64,000 bases of DNA from positions 34,719 to 98,718 of the forward strand of contig JAIOPI010000013.1 in assembly GCA_021413965.1 (NCBI GenBank), in the 5' to 3' direction. The position numbers were made by a program, and so were the translations under genes. This document shows positions 56,744-64,000 of the stretch, in pieces. This DNA comes from Lentisphaerota bacterium (GTDB lineage: Bacteria; Verrucomicrobiota; Kiritimatiellia; UBA8416; JAIOPI01). The notes beneath the pieces were generated by a model. It saw only the letters and a program-made list of their open reading frames with translations, had not been told where the DNA came from and did no database searches. The stretch's first letter is position 1, and each line of letters begins with the position of its first letter.

Positions 56744-57745
56744 TCAGAAGACGCCAAAGAAAATGCTGCTGAACGTGACCACCGGCGTGGACTCGCGCAT
56801 GTCGTCCACCGTGGCGCGCACTTCCGTGATGATTTCGCTGACTTGCTTGCCGAGTTCCTTGTCGGTGATCAGCTTGCCCAGCACGCCATCGCCATGCTCG
56901 AGGCTGGCGGTCACGTTCTTCAGCGACTTCATGGTGGCGGCCAGGTCGTCGTAGACCGGGTCGTCCTTCGCCATCAGCTTGCCCAGTGTTCCTTCGCCCG
57001 CATCCAGCCGCGCCGTGATGTTCTTGAGCGATTCCCCGGTGGCAGACAAATCGCGGTAGAGCTTGTCGTCCTCGGAAAGCAATTTGCCCAGGGTGCCCTG
57101 GCCCGACTCCACGCGCGTCGTGATCTTGCGGATGGATTCCGCAGCGCTCGCCACGTCACGGTACAACTGGTCATCCGTCGACAGCAGTTTGCCCAGGGTG
57201 CCCTGACCGGCCTCCAGCCGGTCCGTGATGGTGCGTATGTTCTTCAGCGTGGCGGCGAGGTTATCCACCATGCCCCCCTCCACCATCCCGCGCTTGAGGG
57301 CGCTCACCACCTCCGACGCGTCCGCGATCAAATCGCTCGCTTCCTCGCCCTGGAGGAATTCAATCACCGGCAGCGCGGCGTTGGTCTCAGGTCCCTCGTT
57401 GATCTCCAGGTAATGACCGCCCAGCACGGAGGTCGGCACAATCCGCGCCCGATAGCCCTCGTGCAGAGTCAGCTCCTGATCCAGCGCCACGCTGACGTGG
57501 ACCGCGTTCGTCGCGAGCACCAGCTGCCGCACTTTTCCAAGAGGCATCCCTCGCACCACGACGCTGTCGCCCTCGCGCAGGCCCTGGATGTTGCGAAACG
57601 CCACTTCGTACGTGTGCTTGGGGGTAAACCACGACTCACGGGACAGAATGATGGTGAAGTACCCGACCCCCAGAAAGACCACGAGCAGAAACGTCCCGAC
57701 GATGATCTCCGCCTTCAACTGCCTGGCAATCCAGTCCTGCTTCAT
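56744..57745 (-). CDS. mlaD: MlaD/MCE-domain protein with an extended C-terminal repeat region
   Basis: N-terminal TM segment, an MCE domain (FRNIQGLREGDSVVVRGMPLGKV) and four 35-aa repeats. Confidence 0.85.
   Translation of the reverse strand: MKQDWIARQLKAEIIVGTFLLVVFLGVGYFTIILSRESWFTPKHTYEVAFRNIQGLREGDSVVVRGMPLGKVRQLVLATNAVHVSVALDQELTLHEGYRARIVPTSVLGGHYLEINEGPETNAALPVIEFLQGEEASDLIADASEVVSALKRGMVEGGMVDNLAATLKNIRTITDRLEAGQGTLGKLLSTDDQLYRDVASAAESIRKITTRVESGQGTLGKLLSEDDKLYRDLSATGESLKNITARLDAGEGTLGKLMAKDDPVYDDLAATMKSLKNVTASLEHGDGVLGKLITDKELGKQVSEIITEVRATVDDMRESTPVVTFSSIFFGVF
56846..57265 (-). repeat. Four tandem 35-aa (105-nt) coding repeats inside mlaD
   Basis: The four units are NLAATLKNIRTITDRLEAGQGTLGKLLSTDDQLYR, DVASAAESIRKITTRVESGQGTLGKLLSEDDKLYR, DLSATGESLKNITARLDAGEGTLGKLMAKDDPVYD and DLAATMKSLKNVTASLEHGDGVLGKLITDKELGKQ. 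Confidence 0.85.
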
Positions 57746-58506
57746 GCCCGTTGTTTCCTTTCCCAGGAACCCGCCTTGGTAATATATTGCGCTTCCAGAA
57801 AACCCTGCACATCTTCCTGCTCAGATTTCACGAAGGTGGCGGGATCCGAGAGTTCCACGATCTTACCGCCAAACAGCATCGCGATCCGGCTGCCAATGGA
57901 CAGGGCGCTGTGCAGGTCGTGCGTCACGACCACGCTGGTCACGCCCAGTTTTTCCCTCAACTCGTCGATCAGCTTGTCGATCGTGCGCGACGTGACCGGG
58001 TCTAGACCCGAGGTCGGCTCGTCATATAGCACGATCTCCGGATCCCGGATGATGGCGCGCGCCAGCCCGGCCCGCTTGCGCATGCCGCCCGAAATCTCGT
58101 CCGGATACTTTTCGCCGTCCTTTTCGAGGCCGACCATCGCCAGGGACGCCGCCACCTTGTCGCTGATCTCGTCGTTCGTCAGGGTCGTCTTCTCGATGAG
58201 CGGCAGCGCAATATTCTCGGCGACGGTCATCCACGCCAGCATGGCGCCGCCCTGAAACAGGTAGCCAAAGCGGTTGCGCACCTGTTCAAGCTCGGCGCGG
58301 CTCGTGTTCACGATGCTGGCACCGCCCACGGAGACGTCGCCCGAATCCGGGGTCAGCAAGCGAACCATGTGCTTCAGGCTCACGCTTTTCCCCGCGCCGG
58401 AGGGCCCCACGATGACGAAGGTCTCGCCCTTCTTCACTTCGAAGCTGATCCGGTCCAGCACGGTGCGCCCGCCCAGAACCTTGGTGACTTGGTCAAATCG
58501 AATCAT
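57742..58506 (-). CDS. mlaF: ABC transporter ATP-binding protein, MlaF-type
   Basis: Walker A GPSGAGKS, signature ISGGMRKRAGLARA, and Walker B VLYDEPTSGLD. 4-nt overlaps on both sides. Confidence 0.9.
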   Translation of the reverse strand: MIRFDQVTKVLGGRTVLDRISFEVKKGETFVIVGPSGAGKSVSLKHMVRLLTPDSGDVSVGGASIVNTSRAELEQVRNRFGYLFQGGAMLAWMTVAENIALPLIEKTTLTNDEISDKVAASLAMVGLEKDGEKYPDEISGGMRKRAGLARAIIRDPEIVLYDEPTSGLDPVTSRTIDKLIDELREKLGVTSVVVTHDLHSALSIGSRIAMLFGGKIVELSDPATFVKSEQEDVQGFLEAQYITKAGSWERKQRA

Positions 58507-59318
58507 GACACGTAAAGTAACCGGGTGACGAAGTAGCCGACCACGAGGATGAGCAGGAACGACACGATCACCGACCGCCGCGTGGACTGGCCCACACCCA
58601 CGGCGCCCTGCTCGGTGGCAAAGCCCTCATGGCAGGCCACGATCGTGATGATCACGCCGAAAAGAAATGCCTTCAACAACCCCACATAGAGGTCCTTGAT
58701 CTCGGCGTTGCGGGTCCCGTTGTCGATGTAGGCGGCCCACGCCACACCCAGTTGCGTGGCCCCGACGATGCCGCCGCCGAGCACGCCCATCATGCACGTG
58801 TAGAACGAGAGCAGCGGCGTCATGATCGCCATCGCCACCAGCCGCGGCATCACGAGGAAGCGCACCGGATCAATCGACATGATCTCCAGCGCGGCGATTT
58901 CCTCCGACACCGCCATCGTGCCGAGCTGGGCCGCGATGGCCGAGCCCACGCAAGCCGCCAGGATCAGGCCCGTCATGAAGGGCCCCATTTCCCGCAGCAT
59001 GGACACCATGACGGCCCCGCCGATGTAGACCTCCTGGTTGTAGTCGCGCAGCGCCAGACCGGTCTGCAGCGCCAGGATCATGCCAGTGAACACGGCCACA
59101 ACCGTCACGACCCCCAGGCTCTTGATCCCCGCCACGTACATCTGGTTGACGACTTCGCGACGGGCGCGCTTCGTGAATACGTAGCGCACATTCCAGACGG
59201 CATCAGCCAGCAGCAAACCGCCCTGCCCCAGTTCGCGGCAGAAGAACAGTAGATGCCGCCCCAGCCGCCCGGCAAAGTTCCTTGGTGGCGGATAGTATTC
59301 GGGCTCGCGCGTTATCAC
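58503..59318 (-). CDS. mlaE: ABC transporter permease, MlaE-type
   Basis: 271 aa with an MlaE-like topology and sequence (QMYVAGIKSLGVVTVVAVFTGMILALQ...). Confidence 0.9.
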   Translation of the reverse strand: MITREPEYYPPPRNFAGRLGRHLLFFCRELGQGGLLLADAVWNVRYVFTKRARREVVNQMYVAGIKSLGVVTVVAVFTGMILALQTGLALRDYNQEVYIGGAVMVSMLREMGPFMTGLILAACVGSAIAAQLGTMAVSEEIAALEIMSIDPVRFLVMPRLVAMAIMTPLLSFYTCMMGVLGGGIVGATQLGVAWAAYIDNGTRNAEIKDLYVGLLKAFLFGVIITIVACHEGFATEQGAVGVGQSTRRSVIVSFLLILVVGYFVTRLLYVS

Positions 59319-59321
59319 GTC

Positions 59322-60935
59322 TCAGTGTCCCTCTGGCCGGTCGTCGGCCGCGGTGGCGGGCGGTTCGCTGCCCGCACGGGCTGGGTTCGACTCCCAGGAA
59401 AGCCAGTATAGTAGGCGGACGCGCTTTTTCAACCCTTTGCGTTCGCTGGCATACAGGCCGCCCAGCACGGACCAGCGCCGGTACTCGGCCGGGTCCCCCG
59501 CCCGGGCGCTGGCAAACAGCGGGAACAGCGCCGCACGGCGACTGCCATCTGCGCCCGCGGTGCGCCGCCAAAGCCCCCACAGCAGCTCCTCCTCGCGCGC
59601 CGCGCCCTCGCGCTGGACCCGGTAGAAGGTCCAGATGGGCGCCCAGTTGCGCTCGATCGCGGGGGACTGCTTGAGCGGCCAGAGCGCGAGCGTGCCGAAC
59701 AGGCTCGTGTCGCCGTCGCGGCGGTACGTGAACAGCGGCCACAGCTTGACGTAGCGCGCACGCACCGTCCCCGGCGCGACGGCCACCGCCGGCGCGGGCG
59801 ATGTGCTCGCCGGTGCGGGCAGCAGCAGCGCGGACAGCAAGCCGCCCGCGGCGGCCGAAGGCCGGTTGGTAGGCGTCCGAAGCGAGTCGTAATAGAAGAA
59901 CGGCAGCACCCGCCCCTGCCGGTACTCACCATCCGCGCGCTCCAACCGGTCGAACCGCGAAATCGGCCAGAGCACGTAGGTGCGGTGGATGTGCTTGTCG
60001 GATCGCGTCCCCCACAGCGGCCAGACATTCACCTTGCGAACGGTCTTCCCGCGCGTGTAGTGCACAATCGGCCAGGGGAGATTGGCCTGCGTCGTGTCCT
60101 CGCTCTTGGACCAGCGGAAGAATGGCGGCAGGAACATCCAGCCGTTCTGGCGGGTCGTGCGCACATGCCCGAAAAGCGGGAACAGGATAAATCCGGAGCC
60201 CTTTTCCTTCGGATACTCATACTGGACGGAGGTCCAGATGGGCCACAGCACGAACCGCTTGCTCAGGCGGCCCTCGTCGGTGTAATGGCCGTAGAGCGGA
60301 AATACGCGATAGCCGTGCTCGGTGTCTCCCTTCGACCACGACACGATCGGCCACACGATGTGGTGACTCTCCAGGTCCTTCGTCACGGCGTGGGCATAGA
60401 TCGGCCAGAGCACGAACGAGATGCGGTCGCGCCCGAGGAATTCGCGAAGGTTGCCGCCCACGGGGAACAGGGCATGATACCGCTCCCCCTCCCGGTCCCG
60501 CCCCGAAAACGCGATGGGAACCACCCAGAAGCGGTAGCGGGAAAGCGGATCGTCGCGATCCCAATCGATGCCGTAGCCAAGCAGAAAGTGCCACTCGCGC
60601 TCGGTCCGCGTGTTCCTGATGTGGCCCACGGGCCAGAGGAGGTCGCGGTTGGTGCGCTCGCGCGCGGGGTCGGTGACGACGCTGTAGAAGGGACGCACGG
60701 CGCCAAAGGTCATGCCGTTCGTCGAAGCCTGGGATTCGTAGAGCGGACCGGCGGCCCGCACCCGCCCTTCGCCATGCAGCGTGCGATCGCCCGAAGCCAC
60801 GAACCCTGCGTCCCACGCGGGCACCGCGGCGGGGCGGTCGACGGTGCGCGGCACGCTCGCGCAGCCCGACACCAGCACAAGCAGGAGCGGGAGCGCAAGC
60901 AGACGGAAGACCACGGCGTCAGTAACCGCGGACAT
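59322..60935 (-). CDS. Repeat-rich lipoprotein of unknown family (about 20 W/F-P-hydrophobic repeats)
   Basis: ATG 60935 gives MSAVTDAVVFRLLALPLLLVLVSGC, a signal peptide with a lipobox. Recurrent motifs include LWPVG, LFPVG, LWPIY, VWPIV, VFPLY, LWPIW, LFPLF, PWPIV, VWPLW, LWPIS, LWPLF, LWPLK and LFPLF. The stop lies 3 nt before the mlaE start, and the start overlaps the pyrB stop by 17 nt. Confidence 0.65.
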   Translation of the reverse strand: MSAVTDAVVFRLLALPLLLVLVSGCASVPRTVDRPAAVPAWDAGFVASGDRTLHGEGRVRAAGPLYESQASTNGMTFGAVRPFYSVVTDPARERTNRDLLWPVGHIRNTRTEREWHFLLGYGIDWDRDDPLSRYRFWVVPIAFSGRDREGERYHALFPVGGNLREFLGRDRISFVLWPIYAHAVTKDLESHHIVWPIVSWSKGDTEHGYRVFPLYGHYTDEGRLSKRFVLWPIWTSVQYEYPKEKGSGFILFPLFGHVRTTRQNGWMFLPPFFRWSKSEDTTQANLPWPIVHYTRGKTVRKVNVWPLWGTRSDKHIHRTYVLWPISRFDRLERADGEYRQGRVLPFFYYDSLRTPTNRPSAAAGGLLSALLLPAPASTSPAPAVAVAPGTVRARYVKLWPLFTYRRDGDTSLFGTLALWPLKQSPAIERNWAPIWTFYRVQREGAAREEELLWGLWRRTAGADGSRRAALFPLFASARAGDPAEYRRWSVLGGLYASERKGLKKRVRLLYWLSWESNPARAGSEPPATAADDRPEGH

Positions 60936-62001
60936 GCTGCCGGAAGTAGGAGCGGATATCCTCATCGACATTGAAAATCTGTGCAATGAGCGCGGTGCGC
61001 ACCCACATGCCATTGCGCATCTGGCGCCAGTACATCGCCCGCGGGTCGCGGTCGATGCTTTCGGGAATCTCTTCCCGTCTCGGCAGCGGGTGCATGATGA
61101 CCGCCGTCGGTTTCATGCGCTTCAAATCGTCCGGCCGCAGGTGGAACTTGGACACGTCCACGCGCGCGCTTTGACCGGTCTCTGTATCCCACTCGTCCTG
61201 CACGCGCGTCATGTACACGGCATCCGCATCCGGCAGCGCCGCTTCGAAATCCGCGCTGACATCGAAACGCACCCCGCGGCTGCGCAGCAGTTCAATGATG
61301 TCCGGACCGATCTGGAACGAGTCCGGCGCGACAAAGCCGATCGACACATCCTTGTAGTTCGTCAGCAGCGTCGCCAGCGAACGCACGGTCCGGCCGCGGG
61401 CCAAGTCGCCCACGAACACGATGCGCTTCCCATCGATGCCGCCGCGCGTCTCGAAGCTGCGCTGCAGGGTGTAGATGTCCAGCACGGCCTGCGTGGGATG
61501 CTGGTCGTGCCCGGACCCGGCGTTGATGATCGGGATGGGCCGCTCGGACTGCGACAGCACCCACGCCATCCGTTCCGCCAGGCCACGCTCCTTGGAGCGC
61601 ATGATGATGAGATCGAAATAGGAACTGAAGGTGCGGACGGAGTCCTCCCGCGACTCGCCCTTGATCTCGCTGGAGGTGGCCGTGTCCCGCACTTCGCCGG
61701 TCTTCAGCCCCAGGATCAGGCAGGCGGCCTGGTGCGAGAGAAACGTGCGCGTACTGGGCTGCGTGAAATACAGCATGGCCCGCTTGTGGGAAAGCACATT
61801 GCCGAGAAAGTCGGCACCCGCGCGGATTTTCGCCGTGCGCCGTATCTCGGTCGCCAGCGCACACAGGTTGTCCAGTTCCGCTCGCCGGAACTGCTGTGGA
61901 ATCAGGACGTGCTGCGGCCGCCCATTGTCCATCAAATAGGGCGCCTTGGCTTCTGCATCCAGTTCCTGGTATTGCTCCCAACTCAGGCTGCGCAGTCTCA
62001 T
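60919..62001 (-). CDS. pyrB: Aspartate carbamoyltransferase catalytic chain (with N- and C-terminal extensions)
   Basis: STRTF (for the usual STRTR), HPTQ, GDLARGRTVRS, MTRVQ and MHPLPRREEI motifs align with E. coli PyrB as I recall it. The ATG overlaps the argF stop (ATGA). Confidence 0.85.
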   Translation of the reverse strand: MRLRSLSWEQYQELDAEAKAPYLMDNGRPQHVLIPQQFRRAELDNLCALATEIRRTAKIRAGADFLGNVLSHKRAMLYFTQPSTRTFLSHQAACLILGLKTGEVRDTATSSEIKGESREDSVRTFSSYFDLIIMRSKERGLAERMAWVLSQSERPIPIINAGSGHDQHPTQAVLDIYTLQRSFETRGGIDGKRIVFVGDLARGRTVRSLATLLTNYKDVSIGFVAPDSFQIGPDIIELLRSRGVRFDVSADFEAALPDADAVYMTRVQDEWDTETGQSARVDVSKFHLRPDDLKRMKPTAVIMHPLPRREEIPESIDRDPRAMYWRQMRNGMWVRTALIAQIFNVDEDIRSYFRQHVRGY

Positions 62002-63017
62002 GTGGAACTCCTTTGCCCTTCACCCCCGGAAAGCGACGCGACGAAAATGGCCTTCATGGTGTGCATCCGGTTCTCGGCCAGGTCAAACACCCGGGAGAAC
62101 GGCGCCTCAAAAACATCATCCGTGACCTCCAACGCCCCCGTGTCGTGCGATGCATCGGTTTCGGCGTTGTGAAAGGCCGGCAGGCAGTGGAGAAAAATCA
62201 CGCGCCCGTTCTCGAGGTTGCCCGTGCGCCGGACCAGCTCCATGTTCACTTGATAAGGGCGCAGCAGCCTCAGCCGCTCGTCCTGCTGGTCTTCCTCACC
62301 CATGGACACCCACACGTCCGTGTAGATCACGTTGGCGCCGCGCACCGCCTCCGCCGGATCGTGCGCGATCTGCACCCGGCACCCGTTGCGACGGGCAATG
62401 GCCTCGCCCCGCGCGACGAGCGCTGCCGGCGGCGTCAGTTCCACAGGCGTGCAGTTCACGAACTCAATGCCCGCCTGCGCGCACCCCACCATCAACGAAC
62501 TCGCCACGTTGTTCCGGCCGTCGCCAACGTAAACCAGTTTGAGGCCCTTGCAGTGGCCGAAGGCCTCCTGCACGGTGAACACATCCGCCAGCGACTGGGT
62601 CGGGTGCTCCGTGTCGGTCAACCCGTTCCAGACCGGCACTCCGGAATGGCGCGCCAGCAGTTCCACGGTTTCCTGGCGGTACCCGCGGAAGAGGATGCCA
62701 TCGAACATCCGCCCGAGGACCCGGGCCGTATCCGCCGTGGACTCTTTCTTGCCGAGGTGAATTTCCCGGGCCGACAAGTACTCGGTACGACCGCCTTCGT
62801 CGAAGGTCGCCACGCTGGCCGCACAGCGAGTCCGTGTCGACAGCTTCTCGAACACCAGCGCCACTTGCTTGCCAGCCAGCAGTCGCCCCTGCTCACCGCT
62901 CTGCTTCTTCGCCTTCAGCCGCCCAGCCAGGGCCAGCAGCGCCAGAAACTCGGCATCCGAGAGATCGTAGGGCGTCAGCAGACTGCGCCCCTTCATGTTT
63001 TTCAGGATGTCTTGCAT
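61998..63017 (-). CDS. argF: Ornithine carbamoyltransferase
   Basis: STRTR, HPTQ, DVWVSMG and HCLPA motifs. 339 aa. Confidence 0.9.
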   Translation of the reverse strand: MQDILKNMKGRSLLTPYDLSDAEFLALLALAGRLKAKKQSGEQGRLLAGKQVALVFEKLSTRTRCAASVATFDEGGRTEYLSAREIHLGKKESTADTARVLGRMFDGILFRGYRQETVELLARHSGVPVWNGLTDTEHPTQSLADVFTVQEAFGHCKGLKLVYVGDGRNNVASSLMVGCAQAGIEFVNCTPVELTPPAALVARGEAIARRNGCRVQIAHDPAEAVRGANVIYTDVWVSMGEEDQQDERLRLLRPYQVNMELVRRTGNLENGRVIFLHCLPAFHNAETDASHDTGALEVTDDVFEAPFSRVFDLAENRMHTMKAIFVASLSGGEGQRSST

Positions 63018-63238
63018 GCGCGATGACGGTCCTCACACGGCTGTCGCCATGTGCGTTCGCATGCTACGTCCGTCCGTGAAGACGGTCCAGCCAAAAGGAA
63101 ACGACAAAAGACGGCAGGCTGGCACCGCCTGGCGGCCGACCATTTGGCCCCGGCTGGTGCAGCCCGCGCTCACCGCACGGGCCCACCGTGTCGCGCGCAC
63201 GGGGCAACACCCATGCCAGGCCATCCCGGGCCAACGGG

Positions 63239-64000
63239 TCAATCCAGCTGCCCATCCGCCAACCGAACCGGCAGCGGCGCAGGGCGGGCGCAGGAACTGG
63301 TCAGGACGATGTGATGGCCACGATCCGAAGACTCGTGCAGGGCCGACATGATGTCGAGCACGTGAAACGCCAGCTCGCCCGAGGCACGGTGCGGCCGGCC
63401 CGTGCGGATGGCGGCGGCCATGTCAGCCGGCCCCACCCCGCGCCAGTTCTCGAGATAGCCATGGGTCGGCGGCGCCGGGGACCAGTCCGATTCCCCCGCC
63501 TTGCGAATCTCAACCGGCCCGCCAAATCCGTTCGGATCCGGCACATTCAGCGTGCCCTCCGTGCCGTGCACTTCGATGTTGCGCAGATTGGAACCGCCTC
63601 GCAGATCGAAGGTCATGATCAGTGTGCCAATCGCACCATTGACGAACTCGAGCGTGCCGGCCACGTGGGTCGGAACCTCGACGCGAATGCGCGTGCCCTT
63701 CTTCGGTTCGCTGGAGATCACGCGTTCAGGAAACGTCATGCGCGTGCACGACGCAACGCGCTTGACCGGCCCGAGCAAACTCACCAGTGCGGTCAGATAG
63801 TACGGGCCCATGTCAAAGAGCGGTCCGCCACCGGGCTTGTAGTAGAACTCGGGGTCAGGATGCCAATGCTCGTGTCCCCGGCTCATCATGAAAGCCGTGC
63901 AGGCCACGGGCGCCCCAATGGCGCCGTCATCCATCAGCTTGCGGCAGGTCTGGAACGCCCCCCCCAGGAACGTGTCCGGCGCATTCCCCACGCGCACCCC
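63239..64000 (-). CDS. Gfo/Idh/MocA family oxidoreductase, C-terminal part; runs off the right window edge
   Basis: C-terminal dimerisation-domain pattern [23 protein letters not shown]. The ORF is open to position 64000. Confidence 0.8.
   Translation of the reverse strand, partial: GVRVGNAPDTFLGGAFQTCRKLMDDGAIGAPVACTAFMMSRGHEHWHPDPEFYYKPGGGPLFDMGPYYLTALVSLLGPVKRVASCTRMTFPERVISSEPKKGTRIRVEVPTHVAGTLEFVNGAIGTLIMTFDLRGGSNLRNIEVHGTEGTLNVPDPNGFGGPVEIRKAGESDWSPAPPTHGYLENWRGVGPADMAAAIRTGRPHRASGELAFHVLDIMSALHESSDRGHHIVLTSSCARPAPLPVRLADGQLD

Noticed and set aside
56846-57265. Tandem repeats as a possible CRISPR or VNTR array. The L25 tail (20523..20762) and the protease duplication were considered the same way
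   Set aside because: All are in-frame coding repeats with diverged units and no spacer/repeat architecture. I saw no CRISPR-like array anywhere in the window.
61800-61815. STRTF instead of STRTR in PyrB as evidence for a non-ATCase function
   Set aside because: As far as I recall, the residues that bind carbamoyl phosphate and aspartate (S, T, R, T of the motif, the R of MR, HPTQ, RTV, RVQ, HPLPR) are all present. The fifth position alone is not a sufficient basis.

Overview
This is a high-GC bacterial chromosomal segment, mostly housekeeping genes. The phylum is a guess: a PVC/Verrucomicrobiota-like gene repertoire, not verifiable here.

Layout:
- Left end: a partial nadC, a wzm/wzt polysaccharide ABC exporter, a small outer-membrane (OM) beta-barrel, a polysaccharide deacetylase, a PabC-like enzyme and a UvrD-type helicase.
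- 8.2-22.4 kb: about 15 co-directional minus-strand genes, in the order tRNA-Gln, prs, ctc(L25), pth, rpsF, ssb, rpsR, rplI, dnaB, bamA, skp, lpxD, galE, cinA, recA, alaS.
- 22.4-25.3 kb: an odd non-coding C-rich tract, then a lower-GC islet. The islet holds a secreted DUF1254/DUF1214 protein and a decayed RHH-antitoxin/RelE-ParE toxin pair.
- 25.5-39 kb: a patchwork carbohydrate locus. It contains two UroD-family proteins, a UxaE-like epimerase, an AraR-type regulator, an SGNH esterase-like protein, a GH38 mannosidase, a PfkB kinase, rhaA and a stand-alone class II aldolase.
- Right part: rlmB-pcnB-DAHP synthase, a TMTC-like TPR membrane glycosyltransferase with an SGNH hydrolase, Gfo/Idh/MocA oxidoreductases and an orphan pseudopilin.
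- Right end: a 1535-aa S8 protease with duplicated Calx-beta/MAM-like modules, guaB, and an argF-pyrB-lipoprotein-mlaE-mlaF-mlaD string.

I found no CRISPR array, rRNA, transposase, integrase or recognisable defence system.

The best candidates for something undescribed are:
- a ~20-fold W/F-P repeat lipoprotein embedded in the Mla-type operon;
- the UroD-family/PfkB-kinase variant of a rhamnose/uronate locus, with a structured leader;
- a recurrent TTGACTTTGG promoter motif placed for leaderless transcripts.

Many long ORFs in the supplied track are antisense artefacts of the high GC content. All functional calls come from reading motifs by eye; no searches were run.
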